Below are positions 8,388 to 20,160 of a stretch of DNA of 58,976 bases, piece by piece. Both the position numbers and the translations under genes were made by a program. The DNA comes from Neoechinorhynchus agilis (taxonomy: Eukaryota > Animalia > Acanthocephala). The notes beneath the pieces were generated by a model. That model did not search any database. It saw only the letters and a list, made by a program, of their open reading frames with translations, and was not told the origin of the DNA. The stretch spans positions 1 to 58,976 of the forward strand of contig JBMGUZ010000012.1 in assembly GCA_051530055.1 (NCBI GenBank), written 5' to 3'. Position 1 is the first letter of the stretch; each line of letters opens with the position of its first letter.

Positions 8388-11139
8388 TTAATTCGAATTG
8401 CCCTCGGATTCGTCGTCAATTTGCTGATTTTCGCCAGGCTTCGATATGCCTTCGTTCTCTTCTGATGAATCGAAATCATTAAAATCACCTTGATTTGATG
8501 AGCTTTCGTCCATCATTGGAGGTCGACTGCTCACCTCATCGGATTCGTCGTCAATTTGCTGATTTTCTCCAGGCTTTGATATGCCTTCGTTTTCTTCGGA
8601 TGAATCGAAATCATTAAAATCACCTTGATTTGATGAGCTTTCGCCCATCATTGGAGGTCGACTGCTCATCTCATCGGATTCGTCGTCATTTTGCTGATTT
8701 TCTCCAGGCTTCGATATGCCTTCGTTTTCAACCGATGAATCGAAATCATTAAAATCACCTCGATTTGACGAGCTTTCGCCCATCATTGGAGGTCGACTGC
8801 TCATCTCATCGAATTCGTCGTCTTTTTGCTGTTTGTCTCCTGGCTTCGATATGCCTTCGTTTTCTTCGGATGAATCGAAATAATCAAAATCACCTTGATG
8901 TGATGAGCTTTCGTCCATCACTGGAGGTCGACTGCTTATCTCATCGGATTCGTCGTTATTTTGCTGTTTGTCTCCTGGCTTCGATATGCCTTCGTTCTCT
9001 TCTGATGAATCAAAATCATTAAAATCACCTTGATTTGACGAGCTTTCGTTCATCGTTGGAGGTCCACTGCTCATCTCATCAGATTCGCCGTCTTTTTGCG
9101 TATTTTCTCCAGGCTTCGATATGCCTTCGTTCTCTTCTGATGAATCGAAATCATTAAAATCACTTTGATTTGATGAGCTTTCGTTCCATCATTGGAGGTC
9201 GACTGCTCATCTCATCGGATTCGTCGTTATTTTGCTGTTTGTCTCCTGGCTTCGATATGCCTTCGTTCTCTTCTGATGAATCGATATCATTAAAATCACC
9301 TTGATTTGATGAGCTTTCGCTCATCATTGGAGGTCGACTGCTCATCTCATTCGAATCGCCGTCAGTTTGCACATTTTCTCCAGGCTTCGATATGCCTTCG
9401 TTCTCTTCTGATGAATCGAAATCATTGAAATCACCTTGATTTGACGAGCTTTCGCCCATCATTGGAGGTCGACTGCTCATCTCATCGGATTCGTCGTCAA
9501 TTCGCTCATTTTCTCCAGGCTTCGATATGCCTTCGTTCTCCTCTGATGAATCGAAATCATTAAAATCACCTTGATTTGACGAGCTTTCGCCCATCATTGG
9601 AGGTCGACTGCTCATCTCATCAGATTCGTCGTCTTTTTGCTGATTTTCTCCAGGCTTCGATATGCCTTCGTTCTCTTCTGATGAATCGAAATCATTAAAA
9701 TCACCTTGATTTGACAAGCTTTCGCCCATCATTGGAGATCGACTGCTCATCTCATCGGATTCGTCATTTTGCCGTTTGTCTCCTGGCTTCGATATGCCTT
9801 CGTTCTCTTCTGATGAATCGAAATCGTTAAAATCACCTTGATTTGACGAGCTTTCGTCCATCGTTGGTGGTCCACGGTTCATCTCATCGGATTCGTCGTC
9901 TTTTTGCTGATTTTCTCCAGGCTCCGATATGCCTTCGTTCTCTTCTGATGAATCGAAATCATTAAAATCACCTTGATTTGACGAGCTTTCGCCCATCATT
10001 GGAGGTCGACTGCTCATCTCATCGGATTCGTCGTCTTTTTGCTGATTTTCTCCAGGCTTCGATATGCCTTCGTTCTCTTCTGATGAATCGAAATCATTAA
10101 AATCACCTTGATTTGACGAGCTTTCGCCCATCATTGGAGGTCGACTGCTCATCTCATCGGATTCGTCGTCAATTTGCTCATTTTCTCCAGGCTTCGATAT
10201 GCCTTCGTTCTCTTCTGATGAATCGAAATCATTAAAATCACCTTGATTTGACGAGCTTTCGTCCATCGTTGGTGGTCCACTGCTCATCTCATCGGATTCG
10301 TAGTCTTTTTGTTGATTTTCTCCTGGCTTCGATATGGCTTCGTTCTCTTCTGATGAATCGATATCATTAAAATCACCTTGATTTGACGAGCTTTCGTCCA
10401 TCATTGGAGGTCCACTGCTCATCTCATCGGATTCGTAGTCTTTTTGTTGATTTTCTCCTGGCTTCGATATGGCTTCGTTCTCTTCTGATGAATCGATATC
10501 ATTAAAATCACCTTGATTTGACGAGCTTTCGCCCATCATTGGAGGTCGACTGCTCCTCTCATCGGATTCGTCATTTTGCAGTATTTCTCCGGGCTTCGAT
10601 ATGCCTTCGTTCTCTTCTGATGAATCGAAATCATTAAAATCACCTTGATTTGACAAGCTTTCGCCCATCATTGGAGGTCGACTGCTCATCTCATCGGATT
10701 CGTCGTCATTTTGCTGTTTGTCTCCTGGCTTCGATATGCCTTCGTTCTCTTCTGATGAATCGAAATCATTAAAATCACCTTGATTTGATGAGCTTTCGTA
10801 CATCGTTGGAGGTCCGCTGCTCATCTCATCGGATTCGTCGTCTTTTTGTTGATTTTCTCCAGGCTTCGATATGGCTTCGTTCTCTTCTGATGAATCGATA
10901 TCATTAAAATCACCTTGATTTGACGAGCTTTCGTCCATCATTGGAGGTCCACTGCTCATCTCATCGGATTCGTCGTCTTTTTGCTGATTTTCTCCATCTC
11001 TGGATTTAAATAGTATTGGCGAATCGCTATAATAGGAGAACGGCTTAATTTTGTTTTTCGTTTCCGGTCGGACGGAAAGCGCTGATATGTTGACTAGTAG
11101 TCCTATCGCGATAATCAGTACGATAATGGGAATCCTCAT
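8388..11139 (-). CDS. Secreted acidic D/E/S-rich protein with ~19 tandem 45-aa (135-bp) repeats; one frameshift near 9180
   Basis: Signal-peptide-like N-terminus MRIPIIVLIIAIGLLVNISALS, then repeats of GENQQKDDESDEMSSRPPMMGESSSNQGDFNDFDSSEENEGISKP. ORFs 9160..11139 and 8388..9074 are one gene split by an indel. Confidence 0.8.
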
Positions 11140-12359
11140 TTTCCTATTTGTTTATTCGATATTCAAGTCGATCTTATCGAATTCGAGGAGATCGCAAACC
11201 GCTTTTAGGTGAGTGCTCGCTTTTGTTTCCGGTATTTATTCAACATTGACTAGACGCTTGTCGTTCATTTTGTTTATCAATAATGTGTTTCCCAATATAG
11301 AGAACGATTTAGTATCTTTGGTAATTTCACCTTTATTAGCGCTTTGTTTACTTATTTTCCGCCCGCAGTCTTGCGTTCATTGAAGTGATCGAAGATACTG
11401 TAATTAATCTAAACTTCCATTTTGTGCTGTCTAAATTTTTTGTCGTTTGAAATAGTGAAGTTCGCTAGAACAACAAATCTTTTAAAACAAAACCCGAAAA
11501 TAAAATCAATATTTTAACCTATGTCATTTTTTTCAATACTTAGTTTCAGAATAATAATCGGATACAAGAACAGAGAATAAATATGGAGCACACGCTGGTG
11601 AAAATTCATAGGGAATTGAATTTCTTTAAATGTCTAAAAAAAATTGTTTATCCTAAGCATTTTTTAAAGAAACAATCTCTAAAGAAATGTTACTGCTGGG
11701 AAATGCTTAGATCAATATTGTATTTTTGAATCGTCCATGTTTATTCTTTTTTAAATGCGCTCTTTTAATCTTTATAAACTCGCAGAAATTGAATGCAAAT
11801 TCCGCGTTACTATGGTAATCAAAGGCAATGAAAAATTCCACAATTGCAAATCATTGAATTCGTTCTACCAAATTTGGGTGCGTTGTTCTTCAATCTTGTA
11901 AACTTTGAATTATCTGACTATTCAGCTCTACACAAAATTCATAAACGAGAGCAATAATGATTTATCCAATTGTATCGCTGGAAAGATGTGCCAACTCGAC
12001 TTTGTCAATTGGCGGAACGTTGCAACTTCGGATTAGCTGTGCCGGAGAAATTTACATACGCTAGTAAACAAGGACAATAAAATGGACAATTCGAAGATCG
12101 AAAAAGCGGATGCTGCTGGTGAGGTTAGGAACAATTGCAGCTGCGGCCCTTGAAGAGTGCCTTGTCCTCAACTTCATGTTGTTCAGGGATTGATCGAAAC
12201 GGGCGAATCTGGCCGTTAATTCACTTGGCAGGTGGGGTGTGGAACAACTCTCCGTCCGATTCAATTGCTAAAGACGAGGACGTTCCGACATAGATTTTTC
12301 GTTCCAACCCGAGCTTTCAGAGTTGAGTGGAAGAGCAAAAGTGAGCATTATAAGGATGG

Positions 12360-13500
12360 ACATTGTTTCCATCCTTTGTTGACGTTTGCAAATTTGATGA
12401 TCTTTCACGTTTATGACTTTTAAGGAATTGAACAAATGCAATTTGCGACGTTATTACGTAAGCTAGCCATATAGAATATTGTCCGCTTTGTACTTCCCGA
12501 CGCGCTAAATCCAAATCCATTTTCATATTTGCGATAGCTGCAATAGTTCTTGAGTTATTCGTTCTTCAATTTTTGGAGAAACAACCGCGATTATTGATGC
12601 ATTGTTTCCATCATATGTTGACGTTTGCAAATTTGATGATTTTTCACGTTTATGACTTTTGAGGAATTGAGCAAATGCGATTCGCGACGTTATTACGTAA
12701 GCTAGCCATATACAATTTTGTTCGTTTAGTAATTCCTGACGCGCTAATTCCAAATCTGTTTTCGGATTTGCGATAGCTGCAATAGTTCTTGAGTTATTTG
12801 TTTTTCAGTTTTTGGAGAAACAACCGTGATTATTGATGCATTGTTTCCATCCTTTGTTGACGTTTGCAAATTTGATGATCTTTCACGTTTATGACTTTTA
12901 AAGAATTGAACAAATGCAATTTGCGACGTTATTACGTAAGCTAGCCATATAGAATATTGTCCGCTTTGTACTTCCCGACGCGCTAAATCCAAATCCATTT
13001 TCATATTTGGCGATAGCTGCAATAGTTCTTGAGTTATTCGTTCTTCAATTTTTGGAGAAACAACCGCGATTATTGATGCATTGTTTCCATCATATGTTGA
13101 CGTTTGCAAATTTGATGATTTTTTTCACGTTTATGACTTTTGAGGAATTGAGCAAATGCAATTCGCGACGTTATTACGTAAGCTAACCATATACAATTTT
13201 GTCCGTTTAGTAATTCCTGACGCGCTAATTCCAAATCTGTTTTCGGATTTGTGATAGACGCAATAGTTCTTGAGTTATTTGTTTTTCAATTTTTGGAGAA
13301 ACAACCGTGATTATTGATGCATTGTTTCCATCATTTGTTGACGTTTGCAAATTTGATGATCTTTCACGTTTACGACTTTTAAGGAATTGAACAAATACGA
13401 TTAGAGAAAGTAATAACGCTAGCTAGCCATATACAATTTTGTCCGTTTAGTAATTCCTGACGCGCTAGTTCAAAATTTGCTTTCGGATTTGCGATAAACT
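12360..13500. repeat. ~240-bp tandem array (~4.8 units, alternating a/b variants) abutting the 5' end of the Penelope-like element
   Basis: cattgtttccatc recurs at 12361, 12600, 12839, 13079 and 13320. Units 1/3 and 2/4 share variants. Confidence 0.92.
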
Positions 13501-13507
13501 GCGTCTA

Positions 13508-15870
13508 ATGGAGAAATTATCGTTGAAAATGGTTCGCAACAAAAATGCATCGGAATTCCTTGAAAGCTGTAAACGGTATGAAGTACTTCCTTCATTTCTG
13601 GAACTACAATCTGTGGCGTATGGGTTCGATGGCTCAAAAGCCCAGAAGTCGATGCAAACTTGGTTATTGAACAACGCTATTAAGGAACTCCAAAAAGAAA
13701 GGAAACATCTTGAGCGTTGTGATAGGTCGATTAACACGTTTTTAATCGATTGGTCGACTGGTCGATTAACACACGCTTAATCGATTTATCATGTAGGGTT
13801 AAAAATAGGTGTATGTGATTAAGTGTTTAATAAAAAATGTCGCTAAAAAAAGAATACAATGCGACAAGCGTCAATTGGAGAACAATCGTGGTATTCTGGG
13901 TTGCTTGACGGACGACGAATGGTGTAATATCCTGATTATGGAGGTCGATAACTTGGCAGAAATTTTCAAGCCCACCGATGGACATCTATTCATTGCGTTT
14001 GAGAACAAAGATAAGGTCATCAACCTATCGAAGATTATACTGCCTGAAGAAGTATTGGAACTTTTGTCATTCGGCCCTGAGTTTATCACGACCCCGAGAA
14101 TCGGAACCCTGCAATTCAGAACTAAGATGGAGGAAATGGTGTATGACCTTTCGATTCAAATCGAAAATATCCCATTATGGGAGTTTGAAAGAAGTTGCAA
14201 AATGGCTATTAAGAACGGAAGGAATCGTGGTTCGAATATAACAGGAAAGATGTTGACTGGACTCAAAGTAATCAAGGCACGGAATGAATTACGTAAACTG
14301 AAAATCGATAAAGGACATGGATTTTGTGTGGCAAACGAAGAAATGTTCAACAGACTTGGTATGGAACTTCTACAGGCTGACGAATTCAAGAAGCTCGATT
14401 TCTGCCCCACGAATAAACGCGAGAACGAACTCAACAGATTACTTCTGAAATTAATGAAACAGAAGGGTCTACCAGAAGAAGAGTTTAAAAGAATACGATC
14501 CGTGAATGCTAAGACGCCGAAAATGTATTTATTTGCAAAGATCCACAAAACACCCGTCAAAGCGCGTCCGATCATCGCCGCACACTCATCCTATAACTAT
14601 AAGTTGTCGAGAAAACTATCCGGATTTATCAAACAGCTCCTTCCGGCATCGGACCATGTGGTCACTTCGGGTGTAGATTTCATTGATCGATTGGGCAGGG
14701 TGAATCCAAACGAAACCGGTCTCATGGTTTCGGCGGATGTAACGTCCTTATTTACAAAGATACCCGTGGAGGAGGGGATTGAGCTAGCAACAAACCTATT
14801 GGTCGAAAAATGTACAGAATGGAAGCTCTCAGCTAATAATTGGCGCCAGCTTCTTGAATTCTGTAGACAATATTCAAACATTGAGTTTGAGGGTGTGAAT
14901 TATGACCAGGCGGATGGGCTAGCGATGTGGGAAACCCATTATACCCACTATTGGCTGAGATATACATCAGAAAATGGGATGAACACTTGTCAGAATTAAA
15001 TGATGTGAAGCTCTGGCTACGATATGTGGACAATACGTTCATTATTCTGGATCCCAATAGAAGTTCAACTGTACAACTGAGCAAGGAACTGAATAGCTGC
15101 CACCAAAATATAATATGGGCAATGGAAGAGGAGGAAAATGAGTCTCTACCATTTCTGGATGTACAAGTAACAAAAGGTTCGAATAGTGGTTTTATGACAT
15201 CGGTCTACAGGAAGCAAGGGTTTCCGCACATGGTTGTTCCGTGGATATCTGCTCAGCCGATCAAACACAAATTGGCAATAGTCCGATCGATGTTCATCAG
15301 GGCATTTCGATATTGTTCGGATACAGTACGCCTTAATTGTGAACTATATTGGATTTATAACAATCTCAAAGTGAGTGCATACCCAAAGAAATACATTGAG
15401 AAATGTAGGAGAAGGGCTCAGTATGCTTCGTATGTGAGAACAATCAATCAAGAGAAAAAGAAGTGCTACATTGAAACGCCATTCGTCGATGTTCAATGAA
15501 ATTCGGGGATAGATTCGCTGATCAACAGAATCGATAGAGACAAAGCGTGCGCTACGTTTAAGCAAAAGGGCAGGACTCTCCAAGGAGTACTCCGGCCGAA
15601 AAATGAGGAGGTACCGGTCGGATGTGTATACAAGATTTCATGTTCCAATTAAGTACTGGCCCGCACTGACGTAAAGCGCGATAGAGTGACGATCGAAGCG
15701 ATAATGATCCAGCGAACAAACACGTTTCCTGGCAACAAGGCCGACTATAAATTGAACCTCAGAATACCCGCGATAAATAGAATTAAGACGCTCTCAAATT
15801 TGATTCTACTGTAATTTTAGAGTGACCGAAGAAGGCCAACGAAAACGCCGAAAATTTTCATATAATAAAT
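13508..15870 (+). mobile_element. Penelope-like retroelement (RT + C-terminal GIY-YIG), inactive
   Basis: PLE N-terminal motif FLESCKRYEVLPSFL. RT motifs: LFAKIHKTPVKARPII, VSADVTSLFTKIP, GLAM/GNPLYPLLAEIY (frameshifted at ~14927), WLRYVDNTF (YVDD>YVDN, 15023-15034), LPFLDV, TSVYRK. Stop at 15497-15499. About 144 nt of the GIY-YIG core is deleted at 15650. Confidence 0.92.
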
Positions 15871-15875
15871 TTAAT
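15820..15875 (+). ncRNA. Degenerate hammerhead motif at the PLE 3' end (mirror copy ~47185-47236)
   Basis: CCGAAGA-A-GGC-caacgaaaac-GCC-GAAA-attt...aaatt lies just after the GIY-YIG stop, where PLE hammerheads are known to sit. The core has U4>C, so it is probably inactive. Confidence 0.5.
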
Positions 15876-15914
15876 TGATACAATCTTCGCTATTGAAACA
15901 AAAAAGTTCCAATA

Positions 15915-16259
15915 ATGTTGACGTCACGAAAACTTAATCCAACTGAAGTGCGATATGCTCCTATAGACAAAGAAGCCTTGGCCATCGTGCACGCAATCAA
16001 GCGGTTTCATTAATACCTTTATGGGCGACATTTTGTGTTGGAAACTGATTACCAACCGTTAAAACACATATTCAGGTACCAGAGGGACCTCAGCAAGATG
16101 ACCAACGGAAGGTTAGTGCTTTGGGCGATAATGCTAAACGAATACAATTTCGATATAAGATACGTTAAAATAAAAACCATGACAACCACTGTCTGCGCGA
16201 TACACCAAGCAAGCCCTAAAATGTACGTGGTGCGAAACTTGACCATTCCAATGATTTAA
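15915..16259 (+). pseudogene. Ty3/gypsy RNase H C-terminal fragment
   Basis: [45 protein letters not shown]...RLVLWAIMLNEYNFDIRYVK is the LTR-retrotransposon RNase H signature. The TAA is present in both arm copies. Confidence 0.88.
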
Positions 16260-16296
16260 CTAATTACGGTCATAATGGAGAAAATTTTGAGTAAAC

Positions 16297-16672
16297 GTGG
16301 CTACGACTTCTTTCGGATGCCAGACGTACAACAGAAGGAAGTTTGTGTTTATGAATAGTAATGATGTACATGACTTAGACAATTCAATGTTTCGCGCTTA
16401 AAAATTCTGTACTTTGTGTGGCAACGACAACTTTGGGATTCCTGACGTGCAACAGAAGGAAGTTTGTGTTTATGAATAGCAATGAGGAATATGATATAGA
16501 CAATTCAATGATTGGCGCTTAAAAATTCTGTTATTTCTGTCGCAACGACTTCTTTGGGATGCCTGAAGTACAACAGAAGGAAGTTTGTGTTTATGAATAG
16601 TAATGAAAAATTCTGTTATTTGTGTGGCAACGACTACTTTGGCATTCCTGACGTGCAACAGAAGGAAGTTTT
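16297..16672. repeat. 121-bp minisatellite, ~3 units
   Basis: Same unit as the 45551-46760 array, in inverted orientation; the third unit has an internal deletion. Confidence 0.88.
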
Positions 16673-16805
16673 TGTTGTGCAGACTTGGAGACCGTCATGC
16701 GTTCGAGGTTTAATTCTTCGCTAAAGGATTGAACTGCTACAAGGACGATTTTCATAAACGGTCAGAAATCATTTCGAGAGATATTATCTGGCCTCGTCAT
16801 CGTGC

Positions 16806-17539
16806 AGATTGATCGGCGCAATTCAATCTTTAAAGTGAGAAACCTGACGTTTGTGACGAAACGTGGCACCAAAGATCATCTTCGTCAGACTTTACTTGAT
16901 GGAGAGATGGTGGAAGATGTAGTTGAAGGCAAACGGATTCCTCGATTTCTTATATTCGACGTTTTGGCATTCAACGGGTATCCTGATGGTAAAGAACTCG
17001 ACTTTGATAAACGCTTGGAACTCATTTTGAGAGAGATTATTTTGCCTCGTCATCGTGCAATGGAATGCGCAGCGATAGACCGAAGTCGAGAACCGTTTGG
17101 GATTCGAAGAAAGGATTTTTACGGCCTCAAACACAGTAAACATCTTTTTAATGAGAAGTTTAAAAGAGAAGTCCCTCATGAGACAGACGGTCTTATATTT
17201 CAGCCCGTTTATATGCCTTATATTTTTGGAACATTTTACGAGCTGCTAAAGTATAAACCTCCACAACTGAATTCGGTCGACTTCAAATTGGTAATTTCTG
17301 GCCACGTGATGGAAAAGCGAAAAATCGGTTCTGGTGGATTTCTGTATGTTAGAAAGTACAACGAACCGTTCGCCCGGATTCGACTCACGGCTCAATTGTT
17401 TCTATGCAATGAAAAGATAATCGAATGCGTTGTCGAGGGAGGTGATTGGAAGATGATTCGGGTCAGAAACGATAAAGACATCGCCAATACTTTCCAAACT
17501 GCAATGGCGATCAAAGAAAGTATTGAAAGGCTCGGGTAA
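16806..17539 (+). pseudogene. 3' fragment of an mRNA capping enzyme (guanylyltransferase motifs III-VI)
   Basis: TLLDGEMV, FLIFDVLAFNG, ETDGLIFQP, LLKYKP..LNSVDF and MIRVRNDK are present. It matches 37925-38650 inverted with about 8 aa differences. Motif I (KxDG) and the triphosphatase domain are missing. Confidence 0.9.
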
Positions 17540-19710
17540 TTTTTACAAAGTATTTTTAATATCTATACAACTTTGGCAAAGTTCCTTAAACCAAAATGCC
17601 TTTATTCAAACGCAATTAATCATTCGCGCAAGAGAACAATTAAAAATAAGCGCAAGGATTGCATTTGACAGAATTCTGGCAAAACCGTTCCGCGTTAATC
17701 AAGGATAGACATTTCGAACATTCGGTAAAAGAGCGTGAATAGATGGTTACTTGAACTGAGAGAACGAACATCAAAAGTATCTAATCAAAATGGTTCAATC
17801 CGCAGGAGATGTTTGCTTCGACCAGCAGAGCGTAGGGAGGACGATCACCCTTTGAGAGATGTTTTATATAAATGAAACGACGGTCGTTTTTCCGCAAAGT
17901 TCACTTTTGAAAGATTGCTTGGTCGATTAAACATTACAAAAATAGTAGAGAGTTCTTCAAGTTAGATTTCCGGTTGCGATAACAGTTTATAGAAGAGATT
18001 TTTCCCTGCACTTGAAAAAAAAGAGAAATCAGTATACTGAATTTCGTTTGAATAAACTTCTCACTTAGGAGGGCTCGAGAGTTGTTTTTCTTTGCCCGCT
18101 AAAGAAAATCCTAGAGAAATGGAGTCACACTACTAAAAAACACTTTAGTCCCCAGAGAAGGCGAAACCAAGGAATTTGAGGTAAGTGACCAACAAGCTTA
18201 CCAATTAACCTTGTCAGATCGAAGAATATTCTTCTTCCCTGATCAATTATTCCCTTTTATGAAGAAGTGTTACTTAATGATCTGCAATAAACTGGCCATC
18301 ACTACTTTGTCTGGCAAGAAGGCGAGACCAGTCCACATTGACCACTGTACAGTCATTAAAAAGAACAGTCAACTTGTGGAAACATCACTCTACGTAAACG
18401 AGGATCTTATCCTTGAACGATATCTATCAATTGTCAACGGTCCATTAATTATCGGTCTACTTATCGGAGTACACGAAAAAAGTATCCACTGAACGAATTG
18501 AACACAGCCACATTGTCGTCGAGTATCAGGCTAAAAAATGCAGCTTCCAGCTGCTGTTGTGAAAGTAAACTATGGAAACGGAGGCTTATGCCAATTATGG
18601 CCAATTCTGGTTGCCATACGCCCACCGCTCGAAGTGTAACGACATTTTTCAATAAAGTACCGAAACCAATTCGAACATTATAGTCACCGGAAACAAAACA
18701 ATCAATGCTAATCCTCTACACAATCCGTTTCTCTGACGACAACTTGAGGAAAAAAAGGTTTCAGTTGCCGCATCGTTCAGTCAGAATCTTCTTTGGCATG
18801 ATCACATCCAATATTCTCAGGCTTTACGACATTACTCCTAAAAATGAATTGAATCACCTTGATTTTGAACAAAGCAACTCAACGATACACTTTTCCAGCA
18901 AGAACCAGAACAAACTGGTCAATTAACTTTACAGTATCTTTGGGGATTAAGCAGATCTAAGAAAAATGTAAGAGTGAAATGTTACCCTCGGTACAAAAAA
19001 ATCCATCACGAATCGGACTCATATTCGTATTTAAAAATATCAATAGATAGATTTGCCTTTTACATACGCAGCTCTTGACCGATGGAGGCTCGATAACACC
19101 GAGCAAACTTGAGCCATTCTCATCAACACATCTATCATTTGTGCCGGACTTGTATCAAATTAAAGCTGGCGGTAGTTAAAGGATCTTTAAGGATTAGTTG
19201 AGTTGTCAAGATCCTGGGTTTGCGGGTTGTTTTCTGAACCAACTTCTGATTTCCTTCACCGATTTTCTAAACTTGACTTTAAGATTTAATGAGATTTTTG
19301 TAAATGCGCAATGAGGCACGTATGGAATTTCAAAAGTGTCATTAACAATTCTCTAAATGAATTTTTGCCGATTGGGTTTTCTTGTTTTTCGCTGTGGAGC
19401 TAAGAATCCGGGATGCATTCTCAAATTAAATTGTCTTATTTTAACGTGGACCATATAATTGCGCTTTATGTCAACCTGCCACCGGAATTAATTGTTAATG
19501 TGTATCGAACCAATCTTATGGTTATTAGCTGACCATAATTTTGTCGGCTTCCTTTGAGAGAGGTTTCTTTGAACTGAGTTAGGTAAACATTTTTAAACTT
19601 GAAGCTCAACTATACTACAATGGCTTAAAAATCTTATTTAAATGTTAAAGTAATAGAAACAGGATCTTATTCCATCCCATTTTCGCACTCAAATCGCTTT
19701 AATGAGCTCA

Positions 19711-19970
19711 ATGGCGACATTTGCGATGAATAAAATAAAATGGTTTCCCTATCGATGTTTTTAATTAAGATGATGATTCGGCTCTTAATCGTGATCCGCG
19801 AAGATGTTTGAGTACTCTTTAAAGCTTGTAAAGAGTTTAAATGGCGACATTTGCGATGAATAAAATAAAATGGTTTCCCTATCGATGTTTTTAATTAAGA
19901 TGATGATTCGGCTCTCAATCGTGATCCGCGAAGATGTTTGAGTACTCTTTAAAGCTTGTAAAGAGTTTAA
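19711..19970. repeat. Tandem duplication, 2 x 130 bp
   Basis: atggcgacatttgcgatg...aagagtttaa occurs at 19711 and 19841; one mismatch seen. Confidence 0.95.
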
Positions 19971-20000
19971 ATTTCTATATTGAATTTATGTTTGCACCAA

Positions 20001-20160
20001 GCGTAAAAATTAAAAGAATTTATTGATTCCAATATATCGGCACAGTCTTGTACGCGTTTACCAACGTTGTAGTGTGAATTAAACACTAAAATAACCTCGA
20101 TAAACACGTATAAGATTGTGCCGAAATATTAGAACCAATAAATTCTTTTAATTTTTACGC
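20001..20160. repeat. Fold-back: 60-bp inverted arms with a 40-nt spacer (MITE-like or hairpin RNA)
   Basis: 20001-20060 is the reverse complement of 20101-20160 at 54 of 60 positions. Confidence 0.92.

Noticed and set aside
9130-10920. Repeated CTGATGA-atc-GAAA as tandem hammerheads in the acidic repeats
   Set aside because: Only 3 nt lie between the core halves, so no stem II can form; it is the reverse complement of the FDSSE codons.
18500-18800. GGLCQLWPILV resembling the QxWPIL motif of EnSpm/CMC-type transposases
   Set aside because: Single short motif, many stops, and no further transposase motifs or TIRs found.
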